Assembly: GCA_045837725.1 (NCBI GenBank)
Contig: JBEWZL010000145.1
Span: forward strand, 124,001 to 188,000
Direction of reading: 5' to 3'
Length of the DNA stretch: 64,000 bases
From: Vermamoeba vermiformis
Lineage: Eukaryota
Part shown: piece by piece, positions 12,984 through 24,990 of the stretch
How the letters are laid out: each line of letters starts with the position of its first letter
Position numbering within the stretch: the first letter of the stretch is position 1
The notes under the pieces: generated by a model
Told to the model about the DNA's origin: nothing
The model's database searches: none
What the model saw: the letters and a program-made list of their open reading frames with translations, nothing else
Translations under genes and position numbers: made by a program

Positions 12984-14483
12984 TTATTTTTGGCCTTCAG
13001 TAATCGCGACAACCTCTGTAAAAAAGAATTAACGGATCAGCACCTGAATACTCGATAATATGAATGATATTAATATGGACTTACTCTCAAATATCTCTTT
13101 ATAAGCCTTGCTAGCCATAGACTCGGGGCACTGTTCAATGTACGACTTGCCTTCGTCGCATGAACGAGCAATCATCGGATCCAACGGAATAGCGCCCAAA
13201 AAGGTCAAATTGAGCTCTTCGCACATCTTCTTAGCACCACCAGTAGAGGGTGCGAAGATCTTAGTCTCAGTCTGAACGGATCTAGTCAATAAAAATTTCG
13301 GGATTTTGGATGTGGCTTAGACTTACGTGGCATTTAGGACAAACGAATCCACTCATGTTCTCGATGACTCCTATAATAGGGATATTGACTTTCTTGCAGA
13401 AATTGATTTCTTTTCGCACATCCAACAGCGCAACTTCCTGATCGCGACAAAAAAGTTAGATCTCCGTTACACGAGCTTGCACCATGCAGCACTTACTTGT
13501 GGCGTGGTGACTATGACTGCACCATCGACATTCGCGGTTTTTAAGTACTGCACGATGGAAAGATGTTCGTCTGAAGTGCCCGGCGGTGTATCGACCACGA
13601 GGTAGTCCAATTCACTCCAATACACATCGCGCAAGAACTGCTTAATAAGACCTAATATGATATAGTGTCAGTATCATAACGACTGGTATATTTTAATTGA
13701 CTAAGCGATTTTTGGGCTTCGCGATCTAGCGTTCAGATTCGGGATCTTGCTTACCATTCTTTTTAGGACCACGCCAAATAACGGCCTCGTCAGGACTATT
13801 TAATAAGAAGCCTACTGACATGACGACTAAGTTTTCATCGACGGGCACAGGCTCCCAGCCCAAACTTGTTTTCGTCTTAACAGATTCGTTCTCTAAGCCG
13901 ACGATCTTTGGGATTGAAGGACCGCAGATATCAATATCGAGCAAGCCAACCTGTATAATAGTAACCGAAGTTAATATCTCAAATTGGAAAAGTAGATCTC
14001 GAATTTTCAATCGATCTTCGGTTGCATCCAGAATTATTGACGTTTATAAACTGGTGGCATAAATCTTACTTGTATATTGTATTGTTAATTACGTACTTGT
14101 CTGTCCTTAATGCTGGACAAAAAGAAAGAAAGTTGAGAGGACACGGTGCTCTTGCCAACACCGCCTTTGCCAGACAAGACCAATATTTTGTGTTTAATTG
14201 TCGACAATCGTTCTGCGATCAACGGAATATCTAGGGAAATAAATTGAATTAAATAAATATTTTATTTGAATATTTTTTGTAATTATTATTGAATTTTTGG
14301 TTACAGATTTACTGTATAATTACCTGGATCAGGACCCTTAGGTGTAGTAGAACATATTTTTTGATTAGGACAGCCTTCGCACGCTGAAGATTTGCCTGCT
14401 TGTTCAGATTGAGTGCCCGGGCAGTGTTCTGGCGGAGGTTGAACGAGTTCTTGTCCTCCTGCGGTTTCAGCTGTAGCGGACAT
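12984..14483 (-). CDS. NUBP1: Cytosolic Fe-S cluster assembly factor NUBP1/Nbp35
   Basis: [59 protein letters not shown]. Confidence 0.96.
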
Positions 14484-14666
14484 TATATGATATATATGTG
14501 GTCTTATATACAATACAATAGATAGACTGATTATCTAGTATTCGGATCTTCGAGAACAAAAACGCACGCGACGCGAGATCTCTTTACAAAGCACGTGTAT
14601 GACATGAATGGTCGTGCGCTGAGCTCTACTCGTACATCAATTGACCAGCATATTACCACAGAAGAT

Positions 14667-15629
14667 ATGTTGCCGAAACGTAAGTAAAGGAGACTGACTT
14701 GCAAACTGAAAATTAACTCCGACTCCGATCTGACCAATTATTATGCAAATTTATTAAAAATTATTTTTATTTTATCGAATGGGCATACTGGTGAAAGCTA
14801 CATACAAGGCCTTATTATCATAATTATTGAAATTATTTGAACTCACCAAATTAATTTTCTAGAGCTCGTGACGCATATTGTGCGCAATGCAAAATCACTA
14901 TTAAGGCCAATTAATGCCAAGAATTATTCAATATTTTCCAGCAAACAAACCAAAAATAAGACAAGCAAAGCAGATCACGATCCAAAGTCAATCTGGAACA
15001 AATCCAGCTCTGCTTCACCTTTACGAACCTCATCAAATACACGAACACAAAATACTATAGTAGCCCGTTTATTATCAACTGAAGCGAAGAAGAAAATAGA
15101 GCCACAACATTCCATCGATCGAGATCCAACCAAGTTCACGGAACACATCACCGAAGACGAAACACTAGAAATCACTTCAAATGCCCCTGAAGACGATACT
15201 ATCACTGGCGGTGATGGCACACAAGTCCTCGGACGGCTAGATCCGAACAGAAAGCTAACGATGGTTTTCACGTGCAATGTGTGCAACACGCGCAGTGCCA
15301 AACAGTTCAGTTGGCTCGCATATTACCACGGTGTCGTGCTCGTGACGTGTCCTGGCTGCGACAACAAGCACTTGATCGCGGATCGACTGCACTGGTTCGA
15401 CGGCATGAGCGTCGAAGATTATTTGGCCAACAAGGGCCAGACAGTGACCAAGGCGCAAGTGTTCGAAGAGAGCATGTTTGACGGCCTCAGCGAGGAGAAT
15501 AAGAAAGAGATTATGGACGCGTGGGCCGGCAAGGACAAGAAGGAGGGCGAGAAGAGTAGCACTAGCACTAGCGTTAATAATAATCATAATGAAGAGACTA
15601 CGACTGAGACTAAAGCTAAGTCAGAGTAA
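14667..15629 (+). CDS. DNLZ: DNL-type zinc finger mitochondrial Hsp70 escort (Zim17/Hep1)
   Basis: FTCNVCNTRS..Y..GVVLVTCPGCDNKHLIADRL; short first exon MLPKQ spliced onto a basic, presequence-like N-terminus. Confidence 0.9.
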
Positions 15630-15827
15630 TGTCTATGACCGAGTAGATAATTTTTGTAAATAAAAAGGCGTAATCAAGGATCCATTGAAGCCATTCGACC
15701 ACTTGCTCTTCGTTCGATCCGCTGGTAAATTAAACATCTACGGCATTAATTTTAAGCATATTTGTTATTGTTACATGTACACGTGCAATTACATTCAACG
15801 ACTCTTTAGAGCGCGTTTTGTTCGTTA

Positions 15828-16591
15828 TTATTCAGTCATCGGTTCAGGAGCTCCGTTCTGTGCTTCAGCTGCGGCCCCTTCGCCTTCTTTCTTGAAATAT
15901 TCATCTTCGTGCCACACTGTAGTCGTATAATATCATTAGTTTCCATTTAAGAAAGTAATAGAGCGGATCCATTTTTTTTTTTGATCGTTACATGACGTTA
16001 TAAAACGGTATAATTCAGTTATACGCTTATATATATGTATTGAGCAATAGTAATACTCAAATTAGAGTATGTATTGCTGAAGAATACGCAAAGAGTTTTC
16101 TAGCAACGGTCGAATGACTTACCTGCTTTCGGTGCAGAGTTGATAGATGGCCGTGAATAATTAATCTTCAAAACTTTTCCGTAAAATTCAGCATTATTCA
16201 TATTATCCAAAGCATGTGCTGCATCTTCAGCTGACTCAAATTCGATAAATGCAAAACTTCTGTGAACGTCTGGAAATAGAATAAAAAAATTAGTAAAAAT
16301 ACAGGACCTATTTATAATTAATTTATAGTGTGTAGATTTTGATTTAATTGGTTCGTTGAATAGAAATAATTTTTTTGAAATTTATTTTAATTTTAGATCG
16401 AGACGTACTGGTTCCTGGATCAATAGGCAACTGTATTTCTTTAATTTCACCAAATGTAATAAATGCTGCACTTAAGATTCGTTCATTGACATTCTCATCC
16501 AATCCACCTAACCATCGAATTAGTTACCGTGGACTCCTACAATCTTAATATGCAACCTACCAACATATAGCGTCCTCTTTTCGTCAGCCAT
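15828..16591 (-). CDS. Stand-alone RRM protein of the PPIE/Cyp33 RRM type (no cyclophilin domain)
   Basis: Spliced: [68 protein letters not shown]..VW; absent from the ORF track. Confidence 0.85.
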
Positions 16592-16698
16592 TGTTGTTGT
16601 GTTATGTTTGGAACAAAGGACGAATAAAATGGAGAAAAATACTGGTGACAAGTCAACGAGCATTTTTTCTTAGCGACGAGCAGAAGAACACGTCTAAT

Positions 16699-17169
16699 AT
16701 GCAAGTTATAATTTGTGACTTAAGCAGAACATATGCGATACGAGTAGAGTCCAATACAACCGTGGAAGAGCTCAAACTTAAAATTCAAAATGCATCTGGT
16801 TGTCCGGTTGAAAAACAATTCCTCGTAGACTGCACGCAAAAAATTCCCTTAAATGACAATAATAAGACACTATCAGAATATAATATTCACGACGGATCAC
16901 AGCTAAATTTATCTTTAAAATTACGAGGTGGCGGGATGCAGGTCTTTGTCAAACTAGCCACAGGTCAAACAGTTACACTAGATCTAGAATTAAACGACTC
17001 AGTGGAGAATATTAAACAACTTGTTATTGAACGAGGTTGGGTGCCTGACAACTGTGAAGCACAGATTCTGCACCACGATCGCGAGTTAGAAGACGGTCGA
17101 TTGCTATGTGATTATAATATTAAGCCTAATGACTCACTATGGATAAGAATTCGAGTTCGCGGAGGCTGA
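16699..17169 (+). CDS. Tandem di-ubiquitin-like protein, intronless
   Basis: Two ubiquitin-fold units, MQVII...LKLRGG and GMQVFVK...RIRVRGG-stop. Confidence 0.85.
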   Translation: MQVIICDLSRTYAIRVESNTTVEELKLKIQNASGCPVEKQFLVDCTQKIPLNDNNKTLSEYNIHDGSQLNLSLKLRGGGMQVFVKLATGQTVTLDLELNDSVENIKQLVIERGWVPDNCEAQILHHDRELEDGRLLCDYNIKPNDSLWIRIRVRGG

Positions 17170-18046
17170 ATTGAGGACTAGATCTGCTAGAAACTTGACA
17201 CTTAATTTACTTTTACAGCCAAAAGACTCCGAGAACGATTTCAAGTGATTAAGCCCATCTAAAAAGATACTCTTAGTTTAGAATATTAATCAATGCCTAT
17301 TCAACGTTGGATAATGATTGCAAACCGTACTTTTGCAAACCCGAAACGTGCATCTCAGTATGTAAATAAAATTGAACTTTAAAATTGACGTCAATTGTTG
17401 ACATTGATATTTAGAATATACCTTAGTGATGGTGGCGCTAATTAAGAGGAAGAAAAGCAGATCTGTTCTTATGTTGCTCGTAAATTCCGCGTCTGCAATA
17501 TTCCTTGCTTTGAACTTAGACATACAAAGAGATCATACCATACGTATCACAATGGTGCGTATCGTGACGCAACTAACGAGATTAATCGCGAGAGTCACTC
17601 ACAAAGTAAAGCCGATCTTCAACAGCAAACGCGAACCGAGGGATTTTTTCATTTCAAGCGTGAGATTCATTGCCTAAATTGGGTAAATATCTTTCTAAAT
17701 TTCCCCATTTTCGTATTTAATCAAATTGAACTGTGAACAAAATTCGTTGAAGAGCGATTGAATTGGATCGCGTGTTTGAAAAGTTTTCAATGACTATGTT
17801 CTCGAAGGTGTAGGACCGAATTCGCGCCTTAAAACGCTCTGTTTACCGAGAAGTGGCGAAAACGGCTCCAGTTTCATGGTAATTTAGTAATTCCAATGAA
17901 GTTTCTGCGATAATTACGATCCAAGACAAATTTAAGTCCAGTTTCCTTGGAACTCACAAACGTTCGAAGAACACGAGCCGGAATAAATAAAAGGTGCGAC
18001 TTTTGAATTCGTTCTTTTGATATTTTGATTCAACGAGCAACAACAG

Positions 18047-18400
18047 ATGGACGACTATAAACAAAAAAAGAAACGACCGGCCTTAGCAGCCGTGTTTAGA
18101 ACAGTTTATGAAAGCCAAAAGATTCACAATACGGAGCCAACGGACGATTTCATTAAAAAAATAAGAGAGGAAAAGCTGCGCATGAAACTGTGGTGTCCAA
18201 CGGATGTCGCTGGAGAAGGCAAAAAAACCAAGTCTAAATACCACACAGTCAAGTTTAATACGAGGAAATATGGAAGTGTTAGGACAAATACAACATCTCG
18301 ACTAGACGATTCTGTTGCTGGTAAAGTTTTTGACGAGTTCGGTTTCGATCCGAACGGACACATCCATTTTAACCAAGAGATAAGCGTGTCACGCTTTTAG
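18047..18400 (+). CDS. Hypothetical basic protein (117 aa)
   Basis: ATG-initiated ORF in an otherwise empty interval; no recognised motif. Confidence 0.3.
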   Translation: MDDYKQKKKRPALAAVFRTVYESQKIHNTEPTDDFIKKIREEKLRMKLWCPTDVAGEGKKTKSKYHTVKFNTRKYGSVRTNTTSRLDDSVAGKVFDEFGFDPNGHIHFNQEISVSRF

Positions 18401-18603
18401 TACTATAGTTGTATAAATTTTGAGATTGATCTTGTAAATAAACTCGTTTGTGTATAGAACACAGTGTGTGCTGCTCGAATGGGCACGTTTAGATCTCGTT
18501 ATCTCTCGAAGGAAAATTTTCCGGGCTTTTCCATAAAACTGTCAAATTACACTGTAATTCGCAGCCTATTTTAAAAGCTTTTTACATCTTATGAACAAAT
18601 AGC

Positions 18604-21311
18604 TTACACCGGCATGTAATTCGGATCTAAGTAAGGTAAGCCTTCAAAGTTGGACAAATCCCCTGCGCCTTGAGTTCCATCTGCGACATAGTACGGTGAT
18701 TTCTCTACCTCTTCTATCTTCCTCATTTTGTGTCCCTTCTTATGCCATTTTGTTTCGAATTTCTTGCCTATACATATTTTACATAGATCGACTGAGTTGT
18801 CGCCAGTACAATCTTCGCAAGACCAACGCGGTCCTACTATCGGTTCTAACCCGCATGAATCGCACTAAAAGTATAGATATTAATATCTTGTATACCTTTC
18901 AAGCGGAATTTGCGATCTAGATCGACGCGAACAATTTTGAAATTTCTGAAACAAATGCCGATCTGCTTACTTTGTATCCCAAATGCACAGCATCAGGTTG
19001 ATTGACTACTCGGATGATAACTTCACGTCCGCCGTTGATCGGCTCTTCTTTAATTTTTGGTTTTTTCGCGCGATCTTCATCTTCGCCGGTACCAGATTCA
19101 GCCTTCCTTTTTCTTGGGACAGTCTTTCCAGGCACCGTAATGACTGGTTGTACGGGCACCTCGTCGTCTTCGTCCATCTTAACCACAGGGGGCACATAAT
19201 ACTCGACATTGCGGGTGCTTTAAAAATAGATCCAGATCAGACTTCTCAAAACTTTCAAAATTTCAATCAAGACTTACTGAATAGTAATTATATGTGGATT
19301 AGTGATCTCAACGGGTGGGATAGGCTTGGTTGAAGGCTTCTTTTTGCTCTAAATCGATGACATTAGGTTCAAAAGGTCGTTACCGATAATAACAGAAATG
19401 AAAACTCATAAATATCTAGCCGGCACTAGATTAATTGATTGCAACAATTTCAAAGTTGTTTCATGAAACAATTGCAATGTTTGAATTCTAAAAGTACCTC
19501 TAAATTGGGGATTTTGCCCGGCACTGGCAGACCTGCTTTGGCTAACTTGATGAAATATTTTTGTACACGGCTTGCCACCTGTATCATAATTCAATCAATA
19601 TTTGCAACATTATAGCATATGAATATGGTATTGCGTGTCGCGTAAGCCAATATAATGCAATTTTCGAGTCGAATTAAAGGTGAAATTAAAGTGACATTTT
19701 GACGCGTGTCAATTGTCCAATTGAATGATCAACGAGACTTGCCTGTTTAGGACTGCGATTGCCCAAGGCACGCGCGATCTTTTCCCAGCGATGTGATTGG
19801 ATGATTTCTTCAGGGTACTCTTCCAACAATCGCTCGAGTTTGCGTTGTTCTTCAGGGGTCCACAGTCTGTTGAACACTTTTTTCTTCTCTTTCACTTCAC
19901 CTGCAGCATTGGTGCCAGGTGCAGCTGTGCCATTGGGCTGTGCTGCTGTTTGAGGTGCTGCTTGTGCCGTTGTTTGTGGTGCTGTGGAGGGCTGTGCGGG
20001 GGTCGTGCTCGTGGGTGCAGCATTGTTATTGGACGCAGTGACAGCAGGAGTTGTCGGGGCTGGATCTGTAGCCAATGTGCTCGAGGCAGCAGGAGTACTC
20101 GGCACACTGGAGGCCGAGGGCGTGTGAGGCATGGGATGAATGCTGCCTGACTCCAATGTGATGTCCTGTGCGCTCTCATTCAACAAATTCACCGCGTCAA
20201 GCAGTGCTTTGTCATTGATGCCTGGCAGCACGTGTGCGTCGTGTCCGTGCAATTCAGGTGTGCTGAGTGCGTGGTCAGTGCCATTGACGTGTAAATGTGT
20301 CTCGTCGTGATGTGCAAGGGACTCATGATCTTTGTGCACAGTCCCATCGTGGCCGTGCTGGTGTTCGCCGTGCTGCGTGTCAAGCACTGGTGCTTCGAGT
20401 GTTGGTGCTGTGCCATTCACTTGTGGCACACTCGCGGGGGCATTTGGATCTGCTGGCGCCGCTGTGCTGCCATTTGCAGGCTCCTCTTTAACCGTGCTAA
20501 TTATCCGTCATTAATTAAATATACTGTTATATTAACGATGCTATAATACGTACGGTATGGGCCTCAATCGGTTGTATTTGTTAATATCAATTTTTGGTAG
20601 TTTGGCGACGGCTTGTCGCTTAGGCAATCGATCTCCTTTCTGTATCGATTATAAATACGTGTATATTTAATATTATAGTATAAATACGCACCTTTTGCAT
20701 AAGATCTTCAACGAACGAGGCGGGATCGTCTAACGCTCGTTCTTTTTCAACCCTTAATACTTCTAAATCTTTCTCTGCTTGTTCTTTTTGTTTTATTAAT
20801 GCTCTCATCATCGAGGCAAGTGTTTCATAACTGCAAATCAATATTAACACCAAGATAACGGTGGATCGCATAAATCAATTATTTGATTCGATTTGTTGGT
20901 ATATAAAATATCCCAAAATATATGTAAATATTATATGGTAATTATTCGTGCAGAAATCAATGCTAATTATAGTAAAATAATTTCGCGTGTATTTTTGGGA
21001 TCGAATAATTATTTCTAGCGTTGTACTTACTCTTCGGTCAGTTTAAATCGTTCATCAAACGGGAATGATATAGGCAATATATCAGGTTCTTTTTCTTCTT
21101 CTTTCTCGACGACAGAATTGTTGGATTTGTCTGCAGTCTGATCGTTCCCGCTGCTACCTTCAGAGACCTCATCTGCACCGTCGTCTCCATCTTTTGTGTC
21201 TTCCTTACTCTCCTCTTCTTCTTCCTTCTTCTCACTCTCTTCGTCTTCAAAGAAGCAGCGGTAGTCTAGCAAGGCAAGATCGCTAATCTCGTCAATGTAA
21301 TCATCAGCCAT
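18604..21311 (-). CDS. ZZZ3: ZZ-type zinc finger protein ZZZ3 (ATAC complex subunit; SANT/Myb + ZZ)
   Basis: [73 protein letters not shown]-terminal YLDPNYMPV. Confidence 0.92.
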
Positions 21312-21782
21312 CACTGGATGCGACAAATGAATCACTATTTTGCAAAAACATACCCAACCGGCTCGGCTTCGGACATCCTCGTGCAAAATGTTCACCTTTC
21401 ACGAAGTTGCTGTGTGTTCGATCTGTGTTTGTGAACGGAAAGTGCTAGATGCGACTTAAAACCGGTCTTTTTGGCTTGGCAAACTTGTCAAAGGTGTCAA
21501 TATGACAATCACCTTCAAACGTCTTACAAATTACTCAAAAAACAACTCGTGGGAATGTTGTTACAAATCCAGATTTAGCATTTGCCAAAAGAGAACGGTT
21601 TATACCTTCGGATTCGTTAGAAATACGTTTAAATACTTGATTACAATACGTTCAAGATATTGGAAGGACATTCTTTTGGTCGGAGGACTTTTCTGCGCAG
21701 ATCCGATTTTGTTAATTTCTTGTTCACAAAGCACATGAAGCACACTCCGTAATCCATGTAACAGCACAAGCACATTATCAAT

Positions 21783-23268
21783 ATGAAGCATAGAATCATC
21801 CTTGACGCAGCCATTGCAGCAATAGTTGCGGTTCTGGGAGTGCTTGCATTCCTCTACAACGGATATGCTGAATTTTTTTCAACAAATTTCGAGCCTATTA
21901 TATTTGCCAGCTCTGTATTATCCCTAACACCAATAATATTTTTGTTAATATTCTGCGGAGTGTCAGATTTTTTCAAACTACTGTTCCAACCTTTCAGCAA
22001 ATCCCCTCTCAAGCATCAGTATATCACCATTGGCTGCATATCAACTGGTATAACATTTTGTTGGACAATTGCATCGGGTTTGAACCAAAGTTTCGATCCC
22101 TTTGCGTGCTTAGTAATCGGATTTCTTTGTGTTGGTGCACTTTGTTCAGCAGTCATTCAGATCGACGATTTGGCAATTGATACGAACCCCCACAATGCAT
22201 ATCAAAGCTTTATAACCACCTCACTCTTTAATTGGTTCGACGCTCTGATTTGGATCTTTCTCTTCGTGCCCCTTAATTACAATTGGTTTCAAGTTGGCTT
22301 CTGGCGAGGTAATTTACCTTCAATAATTATCTTAATTTTTGTCACGATAATTTACTCTTATAAGCCTTAAATTGCTTGATATCGTGTGACCTCAGCTAAA
22401 GTTAACTTTTCAAATCTGTTTCAGGCATCGATACGAAAGACAATTCGATTTCATATGGATGGTGGGCTATTACAGTGACACTACTAGCAGTAATTAGATA
22501 CGGATTCATCAAAAAGCTCAAAGGCTTCAATTTTACTTTGATCCCGCGACCAAAAGACGTCCTATTCATGTCTCTAGGCACCATGTTAATATTGCTCTTA
22601 TTCTCGCCTTGGATATTTGCATTTGGACTGTTTGAAATCAAGAAACACGTCAAACTTCAAGTACTTTCACCGCTGACTTATGCACTCGAAAATTTATTGA
22701 CTACGGCTATTACTGACGAAGGTAAAATTAATTGTAAATATTATACGAGTATTATATTAACGTAATATCGTTTAGTTTTCTTCCGAGGACTACTTCAGAA
22801 TGGCATTTATCAACGACTTACGTATTTTATTTCTGAAAAGCGAGACACGATGAAAAAGATTTCAGATTCGCTTCAATTCAATGAACCAGAAGAAGTACCT
22901 ATTGCTCCGTCAATTACAACTGCCTTATTAGGAAATACTGAATCACAAGCTGAATATTTATTGACGAAGAAGGAGATCTGGCGCAACAGAGTTATTAGCT
23001 TGGCAATAGCATCGTTTTTGTTCGGTCTGGTGCACTGGCCAAGGTAATTATAACTATAAAACTCATCATTGGCATATATTAGAATTAACAATTTTTTTGT
23101 AGGTACGAGAAACTGGATCAGCAATTCATTTTAGTGGCAGCAGAGACAGCTGTTGGAATTATATTAGGACTGTGTTATATATTATCAGAAAATCGATTGT
23201 TCAGTTGTATAGTCATCCATTGTATCACGGATACATTGCGAGCATTTTTGTTAAAACCGCTGCATTGA
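21783..23268 (+). CDS. Multi-pass CPBP (CAAX protease type II/Abi) family protein
   Basis: TDE|VFFRGLLQ, LFGLVHW, VIHCITD match CPBP motifs; many hydrophobic segments. Confidence 0.72.
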
Positions 23269-23481
23269 TGTAAGACTCGAATGCAGCACCGCACTTGTAA
23301 TTAAATATCGAATATCATTCGCACTAAGACATTCTATCGCAGCAATATCCTTATTTAATGATTTATGTACAGGTGCAGTTTGTTCCGATGGATCTGCTTT
23401 TTTTATTCTTCGATTAGTGGCGCAATTTCATCTTTATATAGCTGTAGTAGTATAGTGGTGACTTGTTTGGACAGCCAACCA

Positions 23482-24793
23482 TTATTTAGGCAGCATAATG
23501 TACACTGAAGTAGCAAGTAGTGGAACGTAGCCAAACACAAAGAGTGGATTGAAAACAGTGTGAACGAGTCTGTGACTGACCTCCTTAGTCTCTTTGATTA
23601 TGTAGATGATGCACAAGAACGCTGAGCCAAGGCACAAAATTGAATAAAAGTTCTCGAGGCTGAGTACTTCGTGGATCAGTTCTTCTTCGAATGGCAAGTA
23701 AAACACCCAATTGAACAGCGCTGCAACACCATAGGGCACGAGACCAAGTGTTATCAACTGGAATTTGTGGCGTTGAGATTTAGCATAGCTTGTCGCAGCC
23801 TTCACGCGAGTGAGGTACAAGTAGCCCATTAATGTCAGCACGACCGAGGACGTTGCAAGTGTGACCATTGATATCACACCCTTAGTCTCGTCGTATTGAA
23901 TGTAGTGCGCGAAGATTGTGAAGTAAAGTGACACGAGTGTCATGAGAGGTGTCAACAAGTGACGCAGATAGAACGCAAAGTCACGACTGAAATGAAGTCC
24001 TATTGACAGTTGAAATCCAAACTCGAGTATCCTCATAATGAAGGTGACGGCTAGAAACATCGGTGAGTTATTCCATCGAACAATTTTCATCTGTAATAAA
24101 GTTTCGTTAGTCTAAACTGCCCGGATCTAGATCCGGATTTAACTCACTTGTAATAAACTTGATACCAAAAATGATACGACAACTTGTATAACACCATTAT
24201 ATTGTTGACCAAGAAATCCACTGACTAAGAATCCAAAAGCCCAGATTGCTAATCCAGAATATCGTGTTTGAGTGTTGAGTGCTACGAGCTGATCCGTGAC
24301 TAGTGATGCTATAAGGATGGAGCCCCAGCTGATTATAGCTAATGTCCATGGCAATATTCGATTTAGATCTGACTGTACTTGGTACCTGAAATTTAATAAT
24401 TAATATTTGACTCGATCCGAAGCATTGGAGCCCAGCTCGCACATAATTAATAAGATCATAAATAATTATTGAAGGAATTATTCAACGCAGAACAAGCTGT
24501 AACTGCGAATAGAGTAAAATTCAAAAATGAAGCAAATAATTATTTCGTTGCTGCAACGGATTTTCGATATTATTTTAATATGATCGATGAGCTAATATTT
24601 ACCTTTTCGATAAATTTAACTTGAATAATTGTCCACGCAAGACAAACGAGATCAGCTTTACGTGATCAATAGGATTGAAAACGCTGAGTGATCTCAACCA
24701 TGCGTTAGCATCTTCTACTTTTCTACTGTTTATATTGTTCGTTGTTGTGCGTGAATTGTCAAGCGGATCTGCTGGGGGTTGATCCGCGCTCAT
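23482..24793 (-). CDS. Uncharacterised multi-pass membrane protein
   Basis: Three exons joined by GT-AG introns; repeated 20-aa hydrophobic helices; no family recognised. Confidence 0.6.
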
Positions 24794-24990
24794 CTGTATC
24801 AATTACTACTTGCAGCTATTAAACCGAAGCTTGCAAATATGAAGTCTGTACTACCTTGTGTATTGAAAAATAATAGAGTCCAAAAATATTCCCAAAAGTT
24901 GCTGAGCAAGAAAATCGAGAGGAAATTTTCACTGACTATCTTTTTGTTTGGACCTGCTGAATAGACCATATAAATAGCACAATATTGAAG

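Noticed and set aside
15828-16591. PPIE-like gene lacking its cyclophilin domain as a possible truncation
   Set aside because: RRM-only forms are known outside animals and the gene ends cleanly
22309-22424. Apparent premature stop splitting the CPBP gene
   Set aside because: The stop lies within an ordinary GT-AG intron; the frame continues FWRG|IDTK
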